Origin: Burkholderiales bacterium
GTDB lineage: Bacteria; Pseudomonadota; Gammaproteobacteria; Burkholderiales; Burkholderiaceae_C
Direction: 5' to 3'
DNA: 37,913 bases
Assembly (NCBI GenBank): GCA_025352345.1
Contig: JANXTP010000394.1
Span: 1 to 37,913 of the forward strand
Both the position numbers and the translations under genes were made by a program. How positions within the stretch are numbered: position 1 is the first letter of the stretch; each line of letters opens with the position of its first letter. Shown here one piece after another: positions 21,002 through 30,020 of this stretch. The notes under the pieces are model-generated. The model searched no databases, had not been told where the DNA came from, and was given only the letters and a program-made list of their open reading frames with translations.

Positions 21002-21892
21002 ATGAACGCACCCCGCCGAAAAGGCATCCTGCTGGCCGGCGGCTCCGGCACCCGGCTGCACCCGGCGACGCTCGCGATCAGCAAGCAGCTGCTGCCGGTC
21101 TACGACAAACCGATGGTCTATTACCCGCTGAGCACGCTGATGCTGGCGGGCATCCGCGACATCCTGCTGATCAGCACCCCGCAGGACACACCCCGTTTCG
21201 AAGGCCTGCTGGGCGACGGTAGCCGCTGGGGCGTCAACATCAGCTACTGCATGCAGCCCAGCCCCGACGGGCTGGCGCAGGCCTTCATCCTCGGCAGGAA
21301 CTTCGTCGGCAGTGCCCCCAGCGCACTGGTGCTCGGCGACAACATCTACCACGGCCACGATCTGCAAGGCCTGCTGTCGGCCGCAGACGAGCGCACCACC
21401 GGCGCCTCGGTGTTCGCCTACCACGTGCAAGATCCGGAGCGTTACGGCGTGGTCGCCTTCGACGCGAACAAGCGCGCTCGCAGCATCGAGGAAAAGCCGA
21501 AGGCGCCGCAGAGCAACTATGCCGTCACCGGCCTGTATTTCTACGACGCCCAGGTCTGCGACATCGCCGCCGACATCAAGCCTTCTGCGCGTGGCGAGCT
21601 GGAGATCACCGACGTCAACGCACGCTACCTGGCGCAGGGGCAATTGAACGTCGAGATCATGGGCCGCGGCTATGCGTGGCTGGACACCGGCACACACGAC
21701 AGCCTGCTCGAAGCCGGCCAGTTCATCGCCACGCTGGAAAAACGGCAGGGCCTGAAAGTGGCCTGCCCCGAGGAAATCGCGTTCCGCTCCGGCTGGATCG
21801 ACGCGGCCCAGCTGGAAGCACTGGCCCGCCCGATGCTGAAGAACGGCTACGGCCAGTACCTGATGCAGATCGTCAACAACCAGGTGTTCTGA
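21002..21892 (+). CDS. rfbA: Glucose-1-phosphate thymidylyltransferase
   Basis: 296 aa. It has [21 protein letters not shown] and the C-terminal part typical of RmlA. Confidence 0.96.
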   Translation: MNAPRRKGILLAGGSGTRLHPATLAISKQLLPVYDKPMVYYPLSTLMLAGIRDILLISTPQDTPRFEGLLGDGSRWGVNISYCMQPSPDGLAQAFILGRNFVGSAPSALVLGDNIYHGHDLQGLLSAADERTTGASVFAYHVQDPERYGVVAFDANKRARSIEEKPKAPQSNYAVTGLYFYDAQVCDIAADIKPSARGELEITDVNARYLAQGQLNVEIMGRGYAWLDTGTHDSLLEAGQFIATLEKRQGLKVACPEEIAFRSGWIDAAQLEALARPMLKNGYGQYLMQIVNNQVF

Positions 21893-22428
21893 TGAGGGTG
21901 ATTACTACAGCCATCGACGGCGTGTTGATCCTGGAGCCCAGGGTGTTCGGCGACGAACGCGGCTTCTTCTTGGAAAGCTTCAGCCAGCGGGCCTTCAACC
22001 AGGCCGTCGGTCACGACATCCACTTCGTTCAGGACAACCACTCGCGCTCCGCGCGCGGTGTGCTGCGCGGCCTACACGGACAGCGCGCGCCGCATGCCCA
22101 AGGCAAGCTGGTGCGCGTGACGCAAGGCAGCGTGTTCGATGTGGCGGTCGACGTGCGCACCGACAGCCCCACCTACGGCGAGTGGGTGGGCGTCGAACTG
22201 AGCGGCACCAACCACAAGCAGCTGTGGATCCCACCGGGCCTGGCGCACGGCTTTCTGGTGACCAGCGACATTGCCGATTTCCTCTACAAGACGACGGCCT
22301 ACTACCGCCCCGATGCCGAGTTCGCGATCCGCTGGGACGATCCCACGCTGGCGATCGCCTGGCCACTCAACGGCATCGTGCCCGCGCTGTCGGCCAAGGA
22401 CGCTGTCGCGCCGCCGCTCGGCGGCTGA
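21892..22428 (+). CDS. rfbC: dTDP-4-dehydrorhamnose 3,5-epimerase
   Basis: This is the 3' part of track ORF 21676..22428. The ATG at 21892 overlaps the rfbA stop (TGATG) and gives 178 aa. The protein starts [26 protein letters not shown] and has RGLHGQ and a cupin fold pattern. Confidence 0.95.
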   Translation: MRVITTAIDGVLILEPRVFGDERGFFLESFSQRAFNQAVGHDIHFVQDNHSRSARGVLRGLHGQRAPHAQGKLVRVTQGSVFDVAVDVRTDSPTYGEWVGVELSGTNHKQLWIPPGLAHGFLVTSDIADFLYKTTAYYRPDAEFAIRWDDPTLAIAWPLNGIVPALSAKDAVAPPLGG

Positions 22429-22479
22429 GCCGGCGATGGCGCCGACACGCACGACGGGCACCGGCTCGCTGCCTCCCAC

Positions 22480-23571
22480 ATGAGTTTTCTGCTGCTGAGT
22501 TTCACCGTGTCGCTGCTGAGCACCTTGGTGGTGCTGCGTTCGAGCGATCACCACGGCAGCCTGTCGGCCGACACCGAGATCTCGGGCCCGCAGAAATTTC
22601 ACAGCCGCCCGGTCCCCCGCATCGGTGGTGTTGGCGTGCTGCTGGCGGTGTTGGCCGGCACGGTGCTGGCACAGTTCACACGGCCAGCGCTGAGCGAGTC
22701 GCTGTGGCTGCTGCTGGCGTCTGCGTTGCCGGCTTTCCTCGGTGGTCTGGCGGAAGACCTGACGAAGAAAGTGTCGGCAGCACGCCGGCTGATCGCTGCC
22801 GTCATCTCGGCCGCCCTCGCGGCGTGGCTGCTCGACGCGGTGGTTCACCACACCGCCATTCCGGGTGTCGATCCGCTGATCCGCCTCGAGCCCTTCGCCG
22901 TCGCACTGACCCTGCTGGTGGTGACCGGCGTGTCCAACTCGATCAACATCATCGACGGCTTCAACGGGCTGGCCTCGATGTGCGTGCTGATCATGCTGAT
23001 GGCGCTGGCCTATGTGGGTCTGCAGGTGCAGGACCGGCTGGTGCTGACCGCCGCCTTGATCTCGGCCGGCGCGGTGCTGGGCTTCTTCGTCTGGAATTTC
23101 CCCGGCGGTCTGATCTTCCTGGGCGACGGAGGCGCCTACCTGCTCGGCTTCATGGTCGCCGAGCTCGGGGTGCTGCTGATCGTGCGCAACGCCGACGTGT
23201 CGCCGCTGTTTCCGCTGTTGATGTGCGTCTACCCGATTTTCGAGACGCTGTTCTCGATGTACCGGCGCAAGGTGCTCAAGGGTGTCGCCTCGTCACAGCC
23301 TGATGGCATTCACATGCACACCTTGATCCACCGCCGCCTGGTGCGGCAGATGATCGGCGAGACCGCGACGAACCGCCTCACCGCGCGCAATTCGATGACC
23401 TCGCCCTACCTCTGGCTGCTGTGCAGCCTGTCGGTGATCCCTGCCGTGCTGTGGTGGCGTAACACCGCGGTGCTGACCGGTTTCCTGGCGCTGTTCATGG
23501 GGTCGTACGTGCTGCTGTACTGGCGCATCGTGCGCTTTCGGGTGCCGAAGTGGATGCTGCCGCGGCGCTGA
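22480..23571 (+). CDS. Polytopic polyprenyl-phosphate HexNAc-1-phosphate transferase (MraY/WecA/WbpL family)
   Basis: 363 aa with about 10 hydrophobic helices. It has PRIGGVGVLL, NSINIIDGFNGLA and FLGDGGAYLLGF, all characteristic of the WecA/WbpL family. It is the last gene of the + strand rfb block. Confidence 0.85.
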   Translation: MSFLLLSFTVSLLSTLVVLRSSDHHGSLSADTEISGPQKFHSRPVPRIGGVGVLLAVLAGTVLAQFTRPALSESLWLLLASALPAFLGGLAEDLTKKVSAARRLIAAVISAALAAWLLDAVVHHTAIPGVDPLIRLEPFAVALTLLVVTGVSNSINIIDGFNGLASMCVLIMLMALAYVGLQVQDRLVLTAALISAGAVLGFFVWNFPGGLIFLGDGGAYLLGFMVAELGVLLIVRNADVSPLFPLLMCVYPIFETLFSMYRRKVLKGVASSQPDGIHMHTLIHRRLVRQMIGETATNRLTARNSMTSPYLWLLCSLSVIPAVLWWRNTAVLTGFLALFMGSYVLLYWRIVRFRVPKWMLPRR

Positions 23572-23599
23572 ACCGGGGCGCTCGACCCGCGTTCAGCGC
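23565..23599. terminator. Hairpin at the convergent gene junction (possible bidirectional terminator, no U-tract)
   Basis: Perfect 9-bp inverted repeat, GCGCTGAAC (23565-23573) and GTTCAGCGC (23591-23599). It incorporates both convergent stop codons (TGA 23569-23571 and tca 23593-23595). The 17-nt loop has an internal CGGG/CCCG pairing. Confidence 0.4.
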
Positions 23600-25470
23600 G
23601 GCTGGTATTCGGGCACGAAGCGGGCCAGTGCCGCGCGCTGTTCGGCAGGCACTCGCCCGGGCTGCGGCTGCGTCAACCAGTGCAGCAAGTCATGCGTCCA
23701 CGCCTCGGTGGCGTCGTCGTTGAGTCGCGCAATGCGCAGTCTCGGATGCGCTGAGGGCTGCGTCAGGTCGTCGTCGGCCAGCAGCTCCTCGTAGAGTTTT
23801 TCGCCTGGCCTCAGGCCGCTGAAGACGATGCCGATCTCGCGCTCGCGGTGGCCGGCGAGGCGGATCAAATCGCGCGCCAACTCGACGATCTTCACCGGCT
23901 CGCCCATGTCCAGCACATAGACCTGCCCACTGCGCGCCAGCACCGCTGCCTGCAACACCAGCCGCACCGCCTCGGGGATGGTCATGAAGTAGCGCGTGAT
24001 GTCGGGGTGCGTCACCGTTACCGGGCCGCCCTTGGCAATCTGCTCCTTGAACTTCGGGATCACGCTGCCACTCGACCCCAGCACATTGCCGAAGCGCACC
24101 GCCGAGAAAACAGTCGCCGAACCCTGCGTGGCCAGGTGCGACAGCACCCGCTCGGCGGCGCGCTTGCTGGCGCCCATCACATTGGTCGGGTTGACCGCTT
24201 TGTCGGTGCTGATCATCACAAAGCGCTCGGCGCCAGATTCCATCGCGGCCAGTGCGGCTTGGCGTGTGCCCAGCGTGTTGTTCTGCAACGCGGCCCAGGC
24301 GTTGTCGTCTTCCATCAACGGCACATGTTTGAACGCAGCGGCGTGGAACACGAGTTGCGGCCGCTGCGCGGCAAAGGTGGCACGCAGATGAGCCAGGTCT
24401 TTCACATCGCCCATCAGCCGCACCAGCGGCAACGCCGGGTGCAGCTCGCCGAGCTGCTGTTCAATCTGGTACAGCGCAAATTCGCTCAGCTCATAAAGCA
24501 CCAGCCGCGCCGGGCCGTAGCGGGCAATCTGCCGGCACAGCTCGCTGCCAATCGAGCCGCCAGCACCGGTGACCAGCACCGTCTTGCCGGACACCAGCTC
24601 GGCAATGCCGGCTTCATCGAGCACCACCGGTTCGCGGCCCAGCAGGTCGTCGGGCTCGATAGCGCGGATGCGCTCGACGCGCGCGCTGCCCGATTGCAGC
24701 TCGCTCACCGACGGCACGGTGAGCACCGGCAGCGTGGTGGCCGCCGCCAGCTCGATGGCACGACGCCGCTGCGCCGCGGTGGCACTCGGCAGCGCGGTGA
24801 TGATGTGCGTGGCCCCGGCGATCACGCGCGGATCGCTGAGTTCATCGAAGCGACCCAGCACCGGCGCGCCGGAGATGCGCGCGCCGCGCTTGGCCGGGTC
24901 ATCGTCGAGCAGCCCGAGCACCGTCCAGCCCTGCTGCGGCAGCCCGGCCACCAGCAGCCGTGCGGCCTCGCCCGCACCCATCACGATGGCGCGCCGCGCC
25001 TCGCCGTGGCCCTCGCCATTCGCACCGGTGATCTGCGCACGCGCGTGTTCGTAGAGCATGCGGTAGGCGATGCGCGTCATGCACAGCCCCATCAGGCTGA
25101 CGATGGGGTGCAAGGCCAGCACCGCGCGCGGCACCTGGTAGAGCTGCAGCATCAACACGCCGGTGGCACACAGCGCGCCCGCAATGCCGCAACTCCAGGT
25201 CAGCCGCTTCACCTCGCCAAAGCCCGAGAAGCGCCACATGCCGCGGGGCACACCGGCCACCGCAAACACCAACAGGTACGTGACGACAACGCCGAGCAGC
25301 ACCCAGCCGTCGTAAGAGGGTCGCTGGCTCCACCAGCGCTCGAAGCCCAGCCGGAACAAGTAGGTGAAGTTCCAGCACACCGCAATCGCTGCGGCGTCGA
25401 TCAACAGCGTCAGCGGCCGCCGGTGCGGGCGCCAGCGGGCCAGAAAGCGATCGATGCGGTGCCAGACCAT
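23593..25470 (-). CDS. Membrane-anchored nucleotide-sugar 4,6-dehydratase/epimerase (CapD/WbpM/PglF family)
   Basis: 625 aa. It has N-terminal TM helices, then two Rossmann regions. Motifs are LVTGAGGSIGSEL and STDKAVNPTNVMGASKRAAE. Confidence 0.9.
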   Translation of the reverse strand: MVWHRIDRFLARWRPHRRPLTLLIDAAAIAVCWNFTYLFRLGFERWWSQRPSYDGWVLLGVVVTYLLVFAVAGVPRGMWRFSGFGEVKRLTWSCGIAGALCATGVLMLQLYQVPRAVLALHPIVSLMGLCMTRIAYRMLYEHARAQITGANGEGHGEARRAIVMGAGEAARLLVAGLPQQGWTVLGLLDDDPAKRGARISGAPVLGRFDELSDPRVIAGATHIITALPSATAAQRRRAIELAAATTLPVLTVPSVSELQSGSARVERIRAIEPDDLLGREPVVLDEAGIAELVSGKTVLVTGAGGSIGSELCRQIARYGPARLVLYELSEFALYQIEQQLGELHPALPLVRLMGDVKDLAHLRATFAAQRPQLVFHAAAFKHVPLMEDDNAWAALQNNTLGTRQAALAAMESGAERFVMISTDKAVNPTNVMGASKRAAERVLSHLATQGSATVFSAVRFGNVLGSSGSVIPKFKEQIAKGGPVTVTHPDITRYFMTIPEAVRLVLQAAVLARSGQVYVLDMGEPVKIVELARDLIRLAGHREREIGIVFSGLRPGEKLYEELLADDDLTQPSAHPRLRIARLNDDATEAWTHDLLHWLTQPQPGRVPAEQRAALARFVPEYQPR

Positions 25471-25521
25471 AAGCGGCCGATTATGTTGGCGCGCTGGCGG
25501 GCTGTGAGGTGCCCGATGCCA

Positions 25522-26142
25522 TCATCGCCTCAGCGGGACCCGCGTCCACAGCGCCCGCAGCGTGGCAGCGATCAGCCGCAGATCGCCCATGAAGTTGGCC
25601 TCGTCGACATAGCGCGCCGAGAGTTTCAGCTTGGCCGGCAGCAGCACCTCGACGTACTCGCGCTCGGGGTCCGCCGCGCGCGCCAGCCGTGCCGATTCAT
25701 CGCGAAAGGCCAGCGATGCGGGGTCGGTGATGCCGGGGCGCACGCTGAGTACCTTGTCGCGCAGGGCTGGTGGATACAGCGCCACATAACGCGGCACTTC
25801 CGGGCGCGGCCCGACCAGGCTCATGCGCCCGGCAAACACATCGATCAGTTGCGCCAATTCGTCGAGCTTGGTACGACGCAGCAGCGCTCCGATGCGGGTG
25901 ATGCGGGGGTCTGCTCCGACGGTGATCTGAGCGGTCGCCGCGTCGGCACCGGCAGCCCGGTTCATCATCGTGCGGAACTTGTGGATGTGGAATGGAGCGC
26001 CGTGGCGCCCGACGCGCACCTGCCGGAAGAACACCGGCCCCGGCGAGTCCAACTTGATGGCGATGGCGATTGCCAGCCACAACGGCGACAGCAGCAGCAG
26101 CCCGAGGCCCGAAGCGCACACATCGAACAGCCGCTTCACCAT
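25522..26142 (-). CDS. Small monotopic phosphoglycosyl transferase (PglC / WbaP-C-terminal 'bacterial sugar transferase' family)
   Basis: 206 aa starting [60 protein letters not shown], with VRPGITD. This is the canonical family pattern. Confidence 0.9.
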   Translation of the reverse strand: MVKRLFDVCASGLGLLLLSPLWLAIAIAIKLDSPGPVFFRQVRVGRHGAPFHIHKFRTMMNRAAGADAATAQITVGADPRITRIGALLRRTKLDELAQLIDVFAGRMSLVGPRPEVPRYVALYPPALRDKVLSVRPGITDPASLAFRDESARLARAADPEREYVEVLLPAKLKLSARYVDEANFMGDLRLIAATLRALWTRVPLRR

Positions 26143-26158
26143 GGGCTGTGGCGCGCCC

Positions 26159-27340
26159 TCAGCCCAGCAGCGCGCGCACCGCGTCGATCACGCGCTGCAC
26201 TTCGGCGGGGCTCATGCGGGTGTATAGCGGGAGGCTCAGCATCCGCTCGTAGGCGTGCTGGCTGTGCGGAAAGTGCTCGGGCGCGAGGCCGTACCGGTCG
26301 CGCCAGTACGGCTGCAGATGCAGTGGGATGTAGTGCACGCTGCAACCAATGCCCGCCGCATACAGCCCGTCGATCAACGCATCGCGCGAGAGCGTCGCGC
26401 CATCGGCCAGGCGCAGCACGTACAGATGCCACGCGTGGGTGTCGCCGGGCTGCGGCAGTGGGGGCGTGATGACGGGCAGATCGGCAAAAGCAGCGTCGTA
26501 GCGCCCAGCGATGTCGGCGCGAGCCTGCTGAAAGGCGCTCGCCCGCTTGAGTTGATGGATGCCCATCGCCGACGCGATGTCGGTCAGGTTGTACTTGTAG
26601 CCGGGCGCGGTGACCTCGTAGTACCAGCTCGGCACCTTGGCAGTAAAGCGGTCGAAGGCGTCGCGGTTGATGCCGTGCAGGCGCATCAGCTGAATGCGCT
26701 GGGCGAGCGCCGCATCGCGCGTCACCACCATGCCACCCTCGCCGGTGGTCATCGTCTTGTTGGCGTAGAAGCTGAACACCGTGGCATCGCTTTCGAGTGT
26801 GCCGACGAGCCGCCCGCCACAGGTGGTTGGCAAAGCGTGGGCAGCGTCTTCGACCACCTTCAAGCCATGGCGACGCGCCAGTGGCAGCAAGGCCGCCATG
26901 TCGGCCGCCAGCCCCGCGTAATGCACCGGCATCACCGCCTTCGTGCGCGGCGTGATCGCGGCCTCGACGTCCGCCACATCGATGCACAAGGTGGCCGGAT
27001 CAATGTCGACCAGCACCACATCGGCACCCAGGTAGCGCACCACCTCGGCGGTGGCCGTGAAGGTGTGCGTGGTGGTGATGACCTCGTCGCCGGGGCCGAT
27101 GCCCAGGGCTTCGAGCGCCAGGTGCAGACCGGCCGTGGCGGAGTTGACGGCCAGCGCGTGAAGTGGAGGCTCGCCCGGGTGCGATGCCCCGAGGAACGCG
27201 CTGAAATCCTCTTCGAAGCGCCGCGTCTTCGGCCCCGTGGTGATCCAGCCCGACTTCAGCGTGTCGACGACTTCAGCGATCTCGTCGTCGCCGATGTCGG
27301 GCAGCGCGAAGGGGATGAAGGGCAAGGCGGCAGGGGTCAT
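26159..27340 (-). CDS. PLP-dependent sugar aminotransferase (DegT/DnrJ/EryC1/StrS family; PglE/VioA-like)
   Basis: Lies inside track ORF 26159..27499. The ATG at 27340 gives 393 aa. The start [30 protein letters not shown] is typical. The PLP-Lys context is [16 protein letters not shown]. Confidence 0.9.
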   Translation of the reverse strand: MTPAALPFIPFALPDIGDDEIAEVVDTLKSGWITTGPKTRRFEEDFSAFLGASHPGEPPLHALAVNSATAGLHLALEALGIGPGDEVITTTHTFTATAEVVRYLGADVVLVDIDPATLCIDVADVEAAITPRTKAVMPVHYAGLAADMAALLPLARRHGLKVVEDAAHALPTTCGGRLVGTLESDATVFSFYANKTMTTGEGGMVVTRDAALAQRIQLMRLHGINRDAFDRFTAKVPSWYYEVTAPGYKYNLTDIASAMGIHQLKRASAFQQARADIAGRYDAAFADLPVITPPLPQPGDTHAWHLYVLRLADGATLSRDALIDGLYAAGIGCSVHYIPLHLQPYWRDRYGLAPEHFPHSQHAYERMLSLPLYTRMSPAEVQRVIDAVRALLG

Positions 27341-27341
27341 G

Positions 27342-27794
27342 TCACGCTGCCTGCCACGGGTTGACCAGCGCCAGGCCAGAAACCTTCGCAAAGTCGCGGG
27401 TGTTGCGCGTAGCCAGCGGCAGGGCATGGTGCGAGGCGATGGCCGCGATCTGCGCGTCCTCGACCGACATGGGCGTGCCGTTGCGACTGCACAGCGCAAC
27501 GAGGGAGGCGTACACCGGAGCCACTGGCGCGTCGAACGCGAGGTTCAGTCCCTGAAACTCCTGCTCGAACATGGCCTGAGCCACCTCGGACAAGGCGCTG
27601 CGCTTCTTGCCCGCAGGCAGCAGCGCGATGCCGAGCAGGATCTCCGCCTGCGTGATCGCGCTGATGAAAAACCGGGTCTGTCGGCCCTGTGTGGCGAACC
27701 AGTCAAGCACCACGGGGTCGGGGCGGGGACGCATCAGCTCGAACAACACATTCGTGTCGAGCAAGATACGCGCTGCGCTCAACGGCGGCCCCAT
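27342..27794 (-). CDS. vapC: PIN-domain toxin VapC (FitB-like)
   Basis: 150 aa. It has [11 protein letters not shown] (first acidic residue) and [12 protein letters not shown], and the C-terminal part LATRNTRDF is typical of VapC. The ATG at 27794 overlaps vapB by 16 nt. An alternative TTG at 27782 forms a TTGA junction with the vapB stop. The vapC stop lies 1 nt from the aminotransferase ATG. Confidence 0.85.
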   Translation of the reverse strand: MGPPLSAARILLDTNVLFELMRPRPDPVVLDWFATQGRQTRFFISAITQAEILLGIALLPAGKKRSALSEVAQAMFEQEFQGLNLAFDAPVAPVYASLVALCSRNGTPMSVEDAQIAAIASHHALPLATRNTRDFAKVSGLALVNPWQAA

Positions 27795-28027
27795 TGGGGC
27801 GGCGGGCGCGGCACCTGCCGCTCAGGCAGCGGCAGTGCGTCGACCGCGACCTTGGCGAACCGCTGCTGTATGCGTTGCGCGAACGGCTGATCATGCGTTG
27901 GCCCCAGCACCGCGCGCTCCAGAATGTCGCGCGCCTGCTGCTCCATCGAGACACCACGCCGCGCGGCGAGCACGCGCAACTCGGATTTCACGCGGTCGTC
28001 GATGCTGCGGATCATCAGCGTGGCCAT
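27779..28027 (-). CDS. vapB: Antitoxin VapB (FitA/Arc-type ribbon-helix-helix)
   Basis: 82 aa. MATLMIRSIDDRVKSELRVLAARRGVSMEQQARDILERAV fits a beta-strand plus two helices RHH pattern like FitA. A GGAG lies 5 nt upstream of the ATG. It is immediately upstream of, and overlapping, vapC. Confidence 0.8.
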   Translation of the reverse strand: MATLMIRSIDDRVKSELRVLAARRGVSMEQQARDILERAVLGPTHDQPFAQRIQQRFAKVAVDALPLPERQVPRPPPQWGRR

Positions 28028-28053
28028 GCGGACTCCATGGAGTTATCAATGAA

Positions 28054-28071
28054 TGCATTGTAATCAATGCA
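28054..28071 (-). promoter_or_regulatory. Palindromic putative VapB operator overlapping a -10-like hexamer
   Basis: Perfect inverted repeat TGCATTG-N4-CAATGCA at 28054-28071. A further self-complementary AATGCATT lies at 28052-28059. On the minus strand, TACAAT (28062..28057) lies inside the palindrome, with ATGACC 18 nt upstream. This is the AT-richest stretch of the region and lies 27-44 nt upstream of the vapB ATG. Confidence 0.55.
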
Positions 28072-28096
28072 ATCACTTTGGGTCATGGGTGTTGAC

Positions 28097-28969
28097 TCAT
28101 AGGCCTTCAGCATCGCGCAGCGCATCGACTTGCGCGTTGGTCGTCACCACACCGGGCTTGGCTGCAAACGGCTCGAAGGCTGGCTTCGCGATCCAGCACA
28201 ACACATGCGTTCGCAGAAACGGCAGCGCATTGAACAGCCCATAAGCCGCCGGGCTGATGCGGCAGACACGGCGGCTGATCGGCGGCGCCAGCGTGACCCG
28301 CCGGGCCTCGATGCGGCCCTGCGGAAACAGCGCCTGAATGCGGCTCAGCGGCACGCCGCGCACATCGGGGTTGCGCGGGTTATTGTAGGTGAAGTCGTAC
28401 CAGAGCACGGCGCCGCCGGGCTTCAGCCAGCGCCACATCGCATCGGCCAAGCGCTGCTGGAAAGCGTTGTCGAGCAGCGAGCTGAACACCGTCGATTGAT
28501 AGACCAGGTCGAAACTGCCATCACCGAAAGGCAAGGCCAGGGCATCGCCTTCGTGCAGCGCGGTGGCAGCCGGCAATTGGCGGCGCGCGGCGGCTGCGCG
28601 TTCGGGCAGCAGTTCGTTGCCGACCAGCCAACTCGCATCGAAGCCAAGGCTGGCCAACTCGAGCAGATTGCTGCCGCTGCCAAAACCCACTTCCAACACG
28701 CGAAGTTGATCCAGCGGCTTGGGCGCGAAACGCGCCAGCAGCGCCAGCATCACCCGCTGCCGCTCATGTCGCGCCAGCAGCACCTCCGGGCGCAGCGGGC
28801 TGTAGAGGTCGCTGGCCGCGCTGCGGGCTTCGCCCTGGGTTGCATGTCGGGCAGCACGTCGGGCATAGCGTTCGGCCACCGCTTTCGGTTCGTCGTCGGG
28901 CTCAGGCGAAATCGTCACGGGCGGGGTCGTCACGGGCGGGGTCGTCGGGGGCGCTGTCGTCGGGAGCAA
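28097..28969 (-). CDS. Class I SAM-dependent methyltransferase
   Basis: The track ORF is 290 aa and starts with TTG at 28969. It has motif I (RVLEVGFGSGSN), an acidic loop (VGNELL) and motif II (FDLVYQSTVFSSL), then LKPGGAVLWYDF. The N-terminal 30 aa are Pro/Thr-rich. A GTG at 28879 (..AERYARRAA) is a plausible true start. Confidence 0.82.
   Translation of the reverse strand: MLPTTAPPTTPPVTTPPVTISPEPDDEPKAVAERYARRAARHATQGEARSAASDLYSPLRPEVLLARHERQRVMLALLARFAPKPLDQLRVLEVGFGSGSNLLELASLGFDASWLVGNELLPERAAAARRQLPAATALHEGDALALPFGDGSFDLVYQSTVFSSLLDNAFQQRLADAMWRWLKPGGAVLWYDFTYNNPRNPDVRGVPLSRIQALFPQGRIEARRVTLAPPISRRVCRISPAAYGLFNALPFLRTHVLCWIAKPAFEPFAAKPGVVTTNAQVDALRDAEGL
28913..28942 (-). repeat. 15-nt tandem duplication (2 copies plus a partial third)
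   Basis: The + strand reads cgtcacgggcggggt twice, followed by cgtcggggg. It encodes TTPPV-TTPPV in the annotated N-terminus of the methyltransferase ORF. Confidence 0.8.
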
Positions 28970-28988
28970 AGTGCAGCAGATCAGCGTC

Positions 28989-30020
28989 TCAGCGCGTCAA
29001 GCGTGTGGCCGCTGCGCTCGGTGTGCGCCGCAGCAGCCACAGCTCGATCAGCGCCCGCCCGAAGCCAATACCGTAGGCGACCTGCATGCAGGTGGTGGCC
29101 AGGGCGATGCCTGCGGTGTCGCGCAGCCGGTGCGGCGCTTTCGCGATCACAGCAGCATTGAAGAGCGCCGTCGCGGCATACACCCCGAGCAGCGCAGCCA
29201 GTGCGGCACCCGTCAGGTTCGACCACGGCGCCAGCGCAGCCAGCACGGCAACCGCAGCCACGAACGCGAACGGAGCCAAGTGGCGCGGTGATGCGGGCAG
29301 CCGGTGCTTTCGGATCACCGGCACCTTCCAGTAACCGTATTGATAGAACTGGCGGAACAGCGCCGCAAACGAACCGCGCGGCGTGTAGGTTGAGCGAATG
29401 GCGGCGCTCTGCCAGACGCTGCCGCCAGAGCGCACGATGCGCAGGTTCAACTCATCATCTTGGTTGCGCACCAGCGACTCGTCGAAGCCGCCGAGTCGCA
29501 ACAAATCCTCGCGTCGCCAGGCGCCCAGATACACCGTGTCGGCCGGGCCGCTGTAGTCGATTCGCCGCGATGCCGCGCCCCCCGAGCCGAAGCGGCTTTG
29601 AAAGGCCAGCGCGATCGCTGCTTGCGGCCAGCCTTCGCCGACCGGTCGCCAGGGGCCGCCGACACAGGTGGCGCCGGTTTCGGCGAGCGCCAAGAGGCAT
29701 TGCGCCACATAGTCGGCCGAGTACGCGGTATGCACATCCATGCGCACGATCACCTCGCCGTGGGCCGCATCGATCGCGCGGTTGAGCCCGCTGGAGACGA
29801 TGCGCGGCGGGTTGTCGACAAGCTGAATTCGGGAGTCGCTCATGCACAGCGATTGCAGCAGATCACGCGTGCCATCGTCGCTGCGGCCATCGGCGATCAG
29901 CACCTGCAGCGCCCAGCCGACCGCGTGTTGCTGCGCGAGCACCGCACAGCAGAAAGCCTTGATGTGCTCTCGCTCATTGCGACAGGGCACGATGACCGAG
30001 ACGAGGCATGGCGAATTCAT
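28989..30020 (-). CDS. Glycosyltransferase family 2 with C-terminal TM helices
   Basis: 343 aa starting MNSPCLVSVIVPCRNEREHI, with ADGRSDDGT (DxD-like). Three to four hydrophobic helices lie in the last 100 aa. Confidence 0.88.
   Translation of the reverse strand: MNSPCLVSVIVPCRNEREHIKAFCCAVLAQQHAVGWALQVLIADGRSDDGTRDLLQSLCMSDSRIQLVDNPPRIVSSGLNRAIDAAHGEVIVRMDVHTAYSADYVAQCLLALAETGATCVGGPWRPVGEGWPQAAIALAFQSRFGSGGAASRRIDYSGPADTVYLGAWRREDLLRLGGFDESLVRNQDDELNLRIVRSGGSVWQSAAIRSTYTPRGSFAALFRQFYQYGYWKVPVIRKHRLPASPRHLAPFAFVAAVAVLAALAPWSNLTGAALAALLGVYAATALFNAAVIAKAPHRLRDTAGIALATTCMQVAYGIGFGRALIELWLLRRTPSAAATRLTR

Noticed and set aside
23848-26469. 873-aa + strand ORF, the longest in the track.
   Set aside because: It lies entirely antisense to three well-supported minus-strand genes (WbpM-like, PglC-like, aminotransferase). 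The translation is Arg/Ala/Gly/His-rich low-complexity with no recognisable motif. This is the typical stop-poor antisense frame of a high-GC genome.
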